Assembly (NCBI GenBank): GCA_963820555.1
Contig: CAWGAT010000036.1
Coordinates: forward strand, 4,568-68,567
DNA: 64,000 nucleotides
Origin: Candidatus Bathyarchaeota archaeon
GTDB taxonomy: Archaea; Thermoproteota; Bathyarchaeia; TCS64
Reading direction: 5' to 3'
Notes under the pieces: model-generated
What the model saw: only the letters and a program-made list of their open reading frames with translations
What the model was told of the DNA's origin: nothing
Database searches by the model: none
In this document: piece after piece, positions 19,661-28,065 of the stretch
Position numbering within the stretch: position 1 is the stretch's first letter
Layout of the letters: each line of letters opens with the position of its first letter
Made by a program: the position numbers and the translations under genes

Positions 19661-20002
19661 CTACGCCTCGGCGAAGTTGAGGGCACCGTCGGTTATCGTT
19701 AGCTCGTAGAGCATATTTGGGTAAGGCTTGAGGCGGAAACTCTCCAGCTCCTCTCCAGTCAGGATTAGAGTGAGCTTCATCTGCTCATAGTCCTTCCCCA
19801 TGCCGGGCAGGACGCTCTGGAAGCTCTTTGTGACCTGCATTACCATCTGTCCTATCTCCTCAGGAACATCTTGGTTGGTCATCATCATAACCGGGGGGCG
19901 CTGCCGGACCTCGACGAAGTCGATCTGGAAGCACTCCCTCCCCTCCATATCCTTCACCGACTTGACGGACTGGACCTTGATCCTGATCTTTGAGCTGATC
20001 AT
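19661..20002 (-). CDS. Hypothetical protein
   Basis: Intact 113-aa ORF with plausible composition. No motif recognised. Confidence 0.4.
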   Translation of the reverse strand: MISSKIRIKVQSVKSVKDMEGRECFQIDFVEVRQRPPVMMMTNQDVPEEIGQMVMQVTKSFQSVLPGMGKDYEQMKLTLILTGEELESFRLKPYPNMLYELTITDGALNFAEA

Positions 20003-20049
20003 GGTCTTCTCCTCAAGAAATGGGTGGGTGTGTATAAAGGATTGGGGAG

Positions 20050-20941
20050 TTACTCTAACTCCCTCAACTTGTTGGCGATGAGGTTTGCCACACTCACTTT
20101 GCTGAAGGGTGTCTCTATCGAATCAGTGGCTAGGATGGGATCGGCGCCGGCTTTCCTGATCTTCTCCTCGGCGCCCGGCATGTAGAGCACGTGCGTGCAG
20201 GCTGCTGCTACCCTCTCGGCGCCCTGAGCCATGAGGGCCTCCACGGCCTTCGCCATCGTCCCGCCGCTACTGATCATGTCGTCGAAAACCACGGCTTTGC
20301 GACCCTTGATGTAGAGGTCTTTTATATCCATCTTGATCTCACCCGTTTTCTTGTCACGGGTCTTCTCGAAGTAGTTGTATCCGCCGCCGAGTATCTTGGA
20401 GGCGGCCTCCACGATGTAGATTGCTCCCTTGTCAGGGGAGAGGCTGTAGGCGCCGGCGAAGCCCTCCTTCTTGAGATGCTCCGAGAGGAGAGGGATCGCG
20501 GATAGGTTATGGATCTTGACGCCGTGTTTTCGCCTCGATGGATCGTATCGACGCCTCGTTGTGGACGTTCACGACCACAAGATCGGTCACGCCTGCGGCG
20601 TCGAGGAGACTGATGATGACGTCGAGGCTCAACGCCTCTAGCTCTAGGAACCTCTTGTCTTGGCGAGCGTAGGCGAGGTAGGGGACGACTGCAACAATGT
20701 CCTCCGCCCCGAAATCCTTCGCCGTCCTCGCCATGAGGAGGAGCTGCATGAGCTTCGAGTCTGGGTTTGGGGCCGTGGTCTGGACGATTACGACCTTCTC
20801 GCCAGCCACGGGCTTTGTTAACCTAATATAACTCTCCCCATCGGGGAAGACGCGGTGCTCCACGGGGTGTGGCTCCACGCCGAGGGCCTCCGCGATCCTC
20901 CAGCCGAGTCCGAGGGAAGAGGGACCGGGTATGACGATCAT
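20050..20941 (-). CDS. prs: Ribose-phosphate pyrophosphokinase; one frame disruption at the T4 run 20527-20530
   Basis: ORF 20507..20941 (N-terminal domain) and ORF 20050..20412 (VVFDDMISSGGT PRPP loop). Removing one base of the homopolymer gives ...SIEAKHGVKIHNLSAIPLLSEHL. Confidence 0.85.
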
Positions 20942-20980
20942 ACGGGGAGGGATAGACGCATCGGATAGATAAGCGGAGCC

Positions 20981-21794
20981 CTAGATCCCCGTAAAGAGCA
21001 GGGCAAAGAGCAGGAGGAGACCCGCAGTGAGGGCCGCGGCTGCCCAGGCCCTCTTATCCCAGTTGAATATCTTCATCCCATCGAATACGCCGAAGGGGAT
21101 GAGGTTGAAGAGGGCTAGGAAGGCGTTAATCTCGATGCCGTAGCCGGCGAGGTATCCAAGCAGACTTGCGGGCGTGATGATGAGGATAATGAAGTATATA
21201 ATGGCCTGGGCGATGTTTGTAGCTGGGCCAGCTATCGAGATCTTACCGTACTCGTTCTTGTTCATGAGGCCGGCAATCATCACAGCACCCGGGGCGACTA
21301 TCATTATTGGGAAAACTGAGGTCTGTAATAGAACAAATGATAGGAATGTAAAGAGTAGCCCTATTGTGCTGAGTCTGAACTCGGCCCACATACCTAGTCG
21401 TTGTGCGGCGAACTTGTGTGCGAGTTCGTGGAGGATAAAAGCGAGGGCGAGGATACGTAACGACCCCGACTACGAAGAATGGATCGACTGTGAAGTAGCT
21501 CCATATCTTGAAGAAGGGCAGGGTCACGATCACGAGTAGCCCGATGGCGAGGTCCCGCAACTCCTTCTTACTGAACCAGTATGGACGTATAATTCGACTG
21601 GTCGAGTAGTTGCCGTAGAACCCGCCCGATGTGGTGTACTCACCGACCTGGACGGTGTTCGGCTTCGTCTGGTCGTACTTGCCTTTGCAGTCGTGGAACT
21701 CGGGTAGCCTGTGCTGCTCGCAGAAGTAGCCCCCGCAGTAGTTGCACCTGAAGGGCATGTATGTCTCTACGCCGCACTTGTCGCACTTGACCAT
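20981..21794 (-). CDS. AN1 zinc-finger fused to an M50 (site-2 protease-like) membrane metalloprotease; one frame disruption near 21470
   Basis: N-terminus fits C-x2-C-x9-C-x2-C-x4-C-x2-H-x5-H-x-C exactly (KCDKCG...FRCNYCGGYFCEQHRLPEFHDC). The shifted frame gives ILALAFILHELAHKFAAQRLG (HExxH) and runs into ORF 20981..21391. Confidence 0.75.
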
Positions 21795-21868
21795 CGGGCC
21801 TTCTCCGAATTAGGCGGGTTGCCTCACTTTAAGACTTTACTGAACGGGAAAAGAGTGAAGAGGAGCGA

Positions 21869-22840
21869 TTATGTCGTTGCTTGCTTTATCGCGGCGACGA
21901 TCTTTTCCTTGCTCGGGAGTAGCTCCTTCTCGAGCCTCGGGTTGAAGGGCAGTGGAATATTTGGTGTCGCGACGCGGATCGGCGGCGCCTCAAGGCTCTT
22001 CAGCGCCTTCTCCGCGACCAAGGCGACGACCTCGCCGCTGAAGCCGTAGTGGAGGTAATCCTCGTCGACGACGACTAGGCGCCCGGTCTTCTTGACGGAG
22101 TCGACTATCGCCTCCTCGTCGAGGGGGACGAGGGTGCGGGGGTCGAGGACCTCGACACTTATCTTGCCTTTTAGCTCGTCGGCGGCCTTCATCGCTTCCT
22201 GCACCATGAGGCTGGTGGCGACGACGGTGACGTCATTTCCCTCCCTGACGAGGTTGGCAACGCCCAGCGGGACCTCATATGGCTCCTTCGGGACCTGCCC
22301 CTTGACTGGGTAGAGGAGCCTATGCTCCATGAAGATTTTCGGGTTGGGGTCGCGTATGCTGCTGATTAGGAGGCCTTTGGCGTCGTAGGGGTTGCTTGGG
22401 ACAACGACCTTTAGGCCGGGCATGTGGGCGAAGAGGCCGTGTAGGCTCTCGCTGTGTGTCGCGCCGCTGCTCGTGCCCGCTCCGGTGAGGACGCGTAGAG
22501 TCATCGGGACGCTGACTGCTCCCCCACTCATGTAGGTGCTCTTGGCGAACTGGTTGAGTATCTGGTCCATGGCGACGAGACCGAAGTCGACGAGCATGAG
22601 CTCGACGACGGGACGGTAGCCGGCTATGGCTGCGCCGACGCCTGCGCCGATGAAGGCTGTCTCGGTGATTGGGGCGTCGCGGACGCGCTCGCGCCCGAAT
22701 CTCTCCTTGAGCCCCTTCGTTGCCTCTCGCCAATGGCTGGAGACGTTCTCGCCGAAGACGATGACCTTGGGGTCTCGTTCCATTTCGGCGAGATGGGCCT
22801 CGTTGAGGGCTTGGCCAAAGGTTATCTCACGTGCTGGCAT
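21869..22840 (-). CDS. 2-oxoacid (pyruvate/acetoin) dehydrogenase E1 component, beta subunit
   Basis: Intact 323 aa with a typical transketolase-like pyrimidine-binding and C-terminal domain sequence. Confidence 0.9.
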   Translation of the reverse strand: MPAREITFGQALNEAHLAEMERDPKVIVFGENVSSHWREATKGLKERFGRERVRDAPITETAFIGAGVGAAIAGYRPVVELMLVDFGLVAMDQILNQFAKSTYMSGGAVSVPMTLRVLTGAGTSSGATHSESLHGLFAHMPGLKVVVPSNPYDAKGLLISSIRDPNPKIFMEHRLLYPVKGQVPKEPYEVPLGVANLVREGNDVTVVATSLMVQEAMKAADELKGKISVEVLDPRTLVPLDEEAIVDSVKKTGRLVVVDEDYLHYGFSGEVVALVAEKALKSLEAPPIRVATPNIPLPFNPRLEKELLPSKEKIVAAIKQATT

Positions 22841-22841
22841 C

Positions 22842-23789
22842 TTAGTCGACCTCCTCGAATACGCAGGTGTACGCCTGATCAGGTGTCGGCTCAGGGCTCT
22901 TGAGCCCGAAGTCGATGGCCTTCTGGATCCTCGCTGCCTCCTCTGCCCTGATCTGCTCGTCGAGCTTCCGGGGTATCTTCTCCTTTAGAAGGTTTATGGG
23001 GTCCCACTGTCTCTCCTTCTCGTTTGCCTCGAGGCGCCCCTCTAGATTACCTTCAAGCTGGTGGACCTTGAACTCTAGGAGGGTGGGACCTTTTCCAGCG
23101 CGTGCACGCCTGATGGCCTTCCCCGCTGCCTTGTAGACCTCGGCTACGTCCCAGCCTATGTGGGTGCTGCCCGGCATGCCGTAGTTCTTCGCCCTTAGAC
23201 TCACCTTATCTATGCTGAGCTGAGGGTAGTCGATCTCGTGGCCTAGCATCCTCTGGACCTCGGGGCTGCTGTTCTCGCAGACAAAGACTATGGGTAGCTG
23301 CCAGCAGGCGGCGAGGTTGAGGGTCTCTTGGACGCCTCCCTGGTTGCTGCCGCCTTCACCGAAGTAGGAGACTGCGACGTTTCGCTTGGCCTTGAGCTGG
23401 TCGGCGAGGGCGTAGCCCGCGGTCATGGGGACGCTGCCGCCGACGATGCCGTTTGCGCCGAGGGCGCCGACGCTGGGGTCGAAGGTGTGATAGGGGCCCG
23501 CCTTGCCGTGGTTGAAGCCGGTCTCCTTCCCCATGAGCTCGGCCATGAGTTTGTCGAGGTCGCAGCCCTTGGCTATGAGGTGGCCGAGGGCGCGGTGGGT
23601 GCTTCCGATCTGGTCGCCCTTCCTGAGGTGGGCGGAGACGCCCGCGGCGACGGCCTCCTGTCCAGTGTAGAGGCCGAAGCGGGCGGGTATCTTTCCTTCC
23701 TTCGTCAGCTTCCGGACGGCGTTCTCGAAGGTCCTGATCCGGATCATGACGCGGTAGAGTTCAGCTGTCTTAGTTTCGTTTAGGCTCAA
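22842..23789 (-). CDS. 2-oxoacid (pyruvate/acetoin) dehydrogenase E1 component, alpha subunit (TPP-binding)
   Basis: Intact 315 aa with YTGQEAVAAG and GEGGSNQG TPP motifs. Its stop abuts the start of the beta subunit. Confidence 0.9.
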   Translation of the reverse strand: MSLNETKTAELYRVMIRIRTFENAVRKLTKEGKIPARFGLYTGQEAVAAGVSAHLRKGDQIGSTHRALGHLIAKGCDLDKLMAELMGKETGFNHGKAGPYHTFDPSVGALGANGIVGGSVPMTAGYALADQLKAKRNVAVSYFGEGGSNQGGVQETLNLAACWQLPIVFVCENSSPEVQRMLGHEIDYPQLSIDKVSLRAKNYGMPGSTHIGWDVAEVYKAAGKAIRRARAGKGPTLLEFKVHQLEGNLEGRLEANEKERQWDPINLLKEKIPRKLDEQIRAEEAARIQKAIDFGLKSPEPTPDQAYTCVFEEVD

Positions 23790-23916
23790 GGTTGACTCTG
23801 GGAATGTGTGTGATCTAGTGAATTTAGGATTTCCTGCGTATGTGTTTAGGTGCTTGTGGCGTGCTACTACTCATACTTAATTTTTTTTACTCTCGTTGTG
23901 TACGAATGGAGAGAAG

Positions 23917-24159
23917 TTAAACAGAGTGTTGGTCTTTAGAATCTATTCTGGGCTGAGTTGTGTTCTTAGGGTGGATGGCCTTGACGCGCCCGACCTTTCC
24001 GTCGGATAGACGGACCTTGATTCCGTGTGGGTGGAACTGGCTGCCAGTCAATATCTCCTTGATGACCCCTCTGGTGAGTTTCCCAGTCGTCTGGTCCTTC
24101 TTGAGGACCACGTCGACTGTGTCGCCTGGGTGTATTTCGCTTCTCTTCGTGCCAGCCAT
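23917..24159 (-). CDS. YwbE-family small protein
   Basis: 80 aa. IHPGDTVDVVLKKDQTTGKLTRGVIKEILTGSQFHPHGIKVRLSDGKVGRV closely follows the YwbE pattern. Confidence 0.65.
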   Translation of the reverse strand: MAGTKRSEIHPGDTVDVVLKKDQTTGKLTRGVIKEILTGSQFHPHGIKVRLSDGKVGRVKAIHPKNTTQPRIDSKDQHSV

Positions 24160-24325
24160 CGGCTTTTCGGGATAAGACAGTGGAGTCTATAATTAAAACA
24201 CTTGGAAGAGCCCACTTCTAAAGGATTTTTACTTTCGTTACCCTAATCACAGCTATTGAATAATCGTGGGCCTCTCATGTCTTTCGCATGTGTAATTGAA
24301 CACATGGGGTATGTAATTGTAGGTG

Positions 24326-24436
24326 TGGCGGGCCCGGAGGGATTTGAACCCACGATCTCCGGCTTAGAAGGCTTGCGCGCCGGCGTCGGGTTGCGGCGAC
24401 CGGCTAGGCGCCTTATCCTGGCTTGGCCACGGGCCC
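24326..24436 (-). tRNA. tRNA gene with about 33 nt of intervening sequence and encoded CCA; probably tRNA-Arg(UCU)
   Basis: Acceptor GGGCCCG/CGGGCCC+G+CCA. D-arm GCCAAGCCAGGATAAGGC. T-arm GTGGG-TTCAAAT-CCCTC (one T.T mismatch). Loop CTTCTAA followed by GCCGG. A/T-rich tcttaaaaag lies 25-34 nt upstream. 111 nt in total against about 78 expected. Confidence 0.6.
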
Positions 24437-24526
24437 CCACCGTCTTGAGGAGCGCCCCCTCTTTTTAAGAATTGATGCAGAATCCTAAGCGTTGGGAGTC
24501 TGAGCCTCTCATCGCTAACGGAGTAT

Positions 24527-25036
24527 TTACCACGTGTTGCGGTGGACACGGTCGTCCCTGTAGCGGTTCCCTGGTGGCTTCTCTTCAAGGGGGTAGCCCA
24601 CGGCAATGATGCAGAGTGGAGTAACCTTTTTGGGAATTCGAAGGAGTTCTTTTACACCTTTGACAAGGTTCTCATTTGGGTAGACTCCCAGCCAGACTGC
24701 CCCTAGCCCCGTTGCCTTGGCGGCAAGGAGGATGTTCTGAGTCGCAGCGGAGCAGTCCTGGACCCAGAAGCCGGTTCCCCCCTCGAGTTCGAGGTCTCCG
24801 CATACGATGATGGCGAGGGCGGCCTCTTCCAGCATCTTGGAGTAATTGTGGAACTTGGGTATCTCCAGTAGCGTCGCCCTTTCCCTAACTACTATGAAGT
24901 GCCAGGGCTGCTTGTTGTGGGCGCTCGGTGCCGCCATAGCCGCTTCGAGGAGATGCATGACCTGCTCATCGGTCACTGGCTTTTCCGAGTACTTTCTGAT
25001 GCTCCGCCTTCCGAGTATTACTTCTATCGCTTCCAT
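24527..25036 (-). CDS. Nitroreductase-family protein
   Basis: Intact 169 aa. RRSIRKY...APSAHNKQPWHF is the nitroreductase signature. Confidence 0.85.
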   Translation of the reverse strand: MEAIEVILGRRSIRKYSEKPVTDEQVMHLLEAAMAAPSAHNKQPWHFIVVRERATLLEIPKFHNYSKMLEEAALAIIVCGDLELEGGTGFWVQDCSAATQNILLAAKATGLGAVWLGVYPNENLVKGVKELLRIPKKVTPLCIIAVGYPLEEKPPGNRYRDDRVHRNTW

Positions 25037-25040
25037 GTCC

Positions 25041-25547
25041 TCACCACTTGTTCACGTGGATTATCTCTGTTGTGGGTTTCTTAGAGCGTGACCCCGGTTT
25101 CTCGTCGGGGAGGCCAAATGATATCACTGCCACCACATTGGCCTCCTGCGGGATGCCGAACCCCTTCTTCACCTCGTCCTCCTCGAAGTCACCGACCCAG
25201 CAGCTGCCCACGCCTTGAACCTCTGCGGCGATTACCATGTTCTGGAGAGAAATAGTCGTGTCCACGACGCCCCACCTGCGGCTGATATCGTCAAAGGGCA
25301 GAGAGACCCCAATGACGGCGAAGGAAGAGTCCTTAATGAAGCCACACCACTTCCCCTTAGAGAGCTTCTCCTTGGCTGCTTGGTCTTCGCATATTACAAA
25401 GTGCCATGGCTGCCTGTTAGCGGCGCTGGGGGCCAGTCGCCCCGCCTCGAGGATCTTCTCCTTGACCTCCCGTGGTACGGGTTCCTTCTTGTACCTACGC
25501 ACGCTCCTCCTGCTGAGTATCTTGTCTATGCAGCTCATAGTATCCAC
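25041..25547 (-). CDS. Nitroreductase-family protein (tandem paralog)
   Basis: Intact 168 aa. RRSVRRY...APSAANRQPWHF. Confidence 0.85.
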   Translation of the reverse strand: MDTMSCIDKILSRRSVRRYKKEPVPREVKEKILEAGRLAPSAANRQPWHFVICEDQAAKEKLSKGKWCGFIKDSSFAVIGVSLPFDDISRRWGVVDTTISLQNMVIAAEVQGVGSCWVGDFEEDEVKKGFGIPQEANVVAVISFGLPDEKPGSRSKKPTTEIIHVNKW

Positions 25548-25614
25548 CGATTTATCGGATAGCCGTGGGTTTTTAGGGTAATCGCCTTATCCCAGTCACA
25601 GGATCGTTTCACCT

Positions 25615-25989
25615 ATGGAGGTCCTTGTTGAGAAGGGGCTACTCGGTGAGATGCTGATGTTCGCCAAGGATAGGCACCCGAAAGAGGCAGTCCTCATGCT
25701 GAGGGGGAACGTTAAGAAGGAGTCGATCACCGTCACAGATTACCTCTTCCCACCATTCGCCACCACAAACAGCATCTCCGCGAGCTACCCAATCCACATG
25801 CTCCCCATCGACTTCTCCATAGTGGGCACAGCCCACAGTCACCCTTCCGGCTCCCTACAGCTCTCGGCGCAGGACATGAACAACATATACGGGCGAATCA
25901 GCATGGTGATGGGCTTCCCCTATGGGCTCGAGGACGTGGCGGCTTACAACAAGCAGGCCGAACGCCTCCTCGTCAGGTTAATAGATTAG
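25615..25989 (+). CDS. JAB1/MPN/JAMM metalloprotease (desampylase-like)
   Basis: 124 aa with the JAMM motif GTAHSHPSGSLQLSAQD. Confidence 0.8.
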   Translation: MEVLVEKGLLGEMLMFAKDRHPKEAVLMLRGNVKKESITVTDYLFPPFATTNSISASYPIHMLPIDFSIVGTAHSHPSGSLQLSAQDMNNIYGRISMVMGFPYGLEDVAAYNKQAERLLVRLID

Positions 25990-26186
25990 CCCCCAGTGAC
26001 GATAGGCATAATCGTCACCCTATCCCCACGCACCAACCTCGAAGAAGGCCACTTGCTCTCCCCGTTGACGAGCACGACTATAACGCGTTGATTATACGCG
26101 TAGACGACGTCGGACCCAAGCTCCTCCATGAACTCGCGCAGTGTGGAAGGCTTGACTACACATATGGTCTGGGGGCTGGGGAACAT
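25986..26186 (-). CDS. Ubiquitin-like small archaeal modifier protein (ThiS/MoaD fold) ending in Gly-Gly
   Basis: 66 aa ending ...RVTIMPIVTGG-stop. Its stop codon overlaps the JAMM stop codon (TTAG). Confidence 0.7.
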   Translation of the reverse strand: MFPSPQTICVVKPSTLREFMEELGSDVVYAYNQRVIVVLVNGESKWPSSRLVRGDRVTIMPIVTGG

Positions 26187-26213
26187 CTGTGAACCACCTC
26201 GGATGCGTCCCGC

Positions 26214-26615
26214 TTAACCCTTTCTCAGTCTTCCTGTTTCCCTGCGCTTCTCCTGAAGCCTCTTGAACCAGACATCGACGTTCTCCCTAGTGACGAAGTT
26301 TTTGTGGTGGCGGAATCCGCCCTGGAAGCCGTGTGGGATGTGGAGAAGCTCGTGGACGAGGACCCTTTCCTGCCCGTCCCGGCTTAGGGGATCGAACTGT
26401 TCTGAGATCACCTCAATAATATAGGTGGCTTCTATGTCCATGGCGAGCTGCCAGATTCTCCCCAAGCCGTGAATACGGGCGATGGTCCTCCTGGACTGGC
26501 TCCCCCTGCTGCGGATACAGTAGATGTTCCTAGGCCGGCAGTGGTCGAAATGGAGGGTCTCGATGATGTCATCCACTCGGCTCTTAATATCCGGAGCGGG
26601 GTAGTACTCAATCAA
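26214..26615 (-). CDS. Putative zinc metallopeptidase (HExxH)
   Basis: 133 aa with LVHELLHIPHGFQGGFRHH. Lies 27 nt upstream of the SAMP gene on the same strand. Confidence 0.5.
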   Translation of the reverse strand: MIEYYPAPDIKSRVDDIIETLHFDHCRPRNIYCIRSRGSQSRRTIARIHGLGRIWQLAMDIEATYIIEVISEQFDPLSRDGQERVLVHELLHIPHGFQGGFRHHKNFVTRENVDVWFKRLQEKRRETGRLRKG

Positions 26616-27268
26616 GCCTGGACCGGTTTCTGCTTGGGCTCCCCAGTATTCAACGTTTCCGGGAGCCTCCTTATCCCCTGAATAATCGGCGGGGCCAGAA
26701 CGGCGAAGATTATCGTGTTTGTCACGGTGTGGATAATTGGTGGCCAGGGGTAGTATAGAGGTACGAATGTCAGGTAGATGGTCTGAACAGGGTCTGTTTG
26801 GTAGGCGAGGGCGAACCCGAGGCTTGATGTGAGGTCGTAGATAAGAGTTAGGGCGAATCCTATGACACCGAGGCTAAGACTGAACCTCCCCCAGCCCGCT
26901 GGTTTTAAGAACCTGGAGGTGAAGGCACCCGCCAACCCAAATAGCGCGCCGAGGCCAGCCATCACTATGAGGAGAACTGGGGAAATCGTGTATAGCCACG
27001 CAGCGGGATGGGCGAAGGGATAGGGGACGAGCATGTATATGCTCAGGCTGATTACACCGACGCTTACGCCCACAGCTGCTCCGAAGCAGAATCCGGCTAT
27101 GAAGATCATCACAGTCATGAGTTCGAAGACCCCGGGCAATGTGGATAGTGCTAACCCCCTGCTATAGGCAACGACGATTGCGAGTGCCGACATCACCGCG
27201 GTTATGGAAGCCTGCTTTGAGTTCATATGTGTCTGGATTATCCATCCAGCCTTAAATAATTTACCCAA
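26612..27268 (-). CDS. Polytopic membrane protein (ECF S-component-like, tentative)
   Basis: 218 aa with about 6 predicted TM segments. Its stop overlaps the metallopeptidase start by 4 nt. Confidence 0.35.
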   Translation of the reverse strand: MGKLFKAGWIIQTHMNSKQASITAVMSALAIVVAYSRGLALSTLPGVFELMTVMIFIAGFCFGAAVGVSVGVISLSIYMLVPYPFAHPAAWLYTISPVLLIVMAGLGALFGLAGAFTSRFLKPAGWGRFSLSLGVIGFALTLIYDLTSSLGFALAYQTDPVQTIYLTFVPLYYPWPPIIHTVTNTIIFAVLAPPIIQGIRRLPETLNTGEPKQKPVQA

Positions 27269-27302
27269 ACTTTAACAGGCAAAACCCCAGTTTTTTATCA
27301 GA

Positions 27303-27908
27303 ATGAGCTTCAAACCCATCCTAAACCGTGTTGCGGAGAGGTCCGCCCCCGGCAGGTCCCCATCCTACGGCGAAACCCAGGTCCTGAGGGCACTTGAACT
27401 CGTATCGGGCGAAGGAATCGGCAGGGCCGCCCTCGGTTTAAAACTCGGTATAGGCGAGGGCGTCGTAAGAACCCTCATCAAGCACCTCTTGGCGGAAGGT
27501 CTGGTGGAGGTGTCGATGAGGGGAGTTAAGACGTCGAAGAACGGGGGGAGGCTCCTCTCGGATATACACGCGGTGATATTGAGAGGGATTGGAGCCCCGG
27601 CGACTGAGGACGTCGTGGGGGGATGCGGCTACATCGTCCTTGTGAGGGGGGTAGCATCCCATGTGCGTGTCGGCCTTGAGCAGAGGGACGCCGCGCTGCT
27701 CGCAGGTGCTAAGGGGGCAACGACCATAACATTCGTGGGCGGAAGGGCATCGATACCCGGAATAGATCGTGGCCCCTCCCGGTCCTTATTGTCCTTCTTG
27801 GAGGAGAAGGTCAGACCCGAGGACGGTGATGTGGTGATCGTGGGAACGGGTGACACAAGCTCGGATGCGCAGGTCGGAGCCTACGCCGCGGCGCTGAGTC
27901 TGATTTAG
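27303..27908 (+). CDS. Winged-helix DNA-binding protein with an uncharacterised C-terminal domain (DUF4443-like, tentative)
   Basis: 201 aa. ETQVLRALELVSGEGIGRAALGLKLGIGEGVVRTLIKHLLAEGLVEV looks like a wHTH. Confidence 0.4.
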   Translation: MSFKPILNRVAERSAPGRSPSYGETQVLRALELVSGEGIGRAALGLKLGIGEGVVRTLIKHLLAEGLVEVSMRGVKTSKNGGRLLSDIHAVILRGIGAPATEDVVGGCGYIVLVRGVASHVRVGLEQRDAALLAGAKGATTITFVGGRASIPGIDRGPSRSLLSFLEEKVRPEDGDVVIVGTGDTSSDAQVGAYAAALSLI

Positions 27909-27918
27909 AATATCCGGA

Positions 27919-28055
27919 CGCTAAGCATACGCCCTACATCCGCCGCCAAAGCAACTAGAAAAACGCCCCGATTAACAACACCGGCTAAAACAGCCGGAAA
28001 CGTGGCGGCGGCGAAAGTACTCCTCCTCCCCCTGCATGCACACTGAGACACAGGG
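27919..28055. repeat. Intergenic conserved element, copy A (candidate structured RNA or 5' leader)
   Basis: Aligns ungapped with 46733..46870 at about two-thirds identity by manual count. Helix 27940-27947 (ccgccgcc) pairs with 28004-28011 (ggcggcgg). Hairpin 27981-27986/27992-27997. C-rich cctcctccccc tail. Confidence 0.6.
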
Positions 28056-28065
28056 TTAACCTCAA

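Noticed and set aside
24365-24372. Reading the tRNA anticodon loop as TT-CTA-AG (anticodon CUA, i.e. a tRNA-Pyl or amber suppressor)
   Set aside because: That register gives a poor stem, because CCGGA has no matching 5' strand. The D-arm and variable-loop architecture is that of an ordinary elongator tRNA, not the compact tRNA-Pyl. The CU-UCU-AA register gives a canonical loop.
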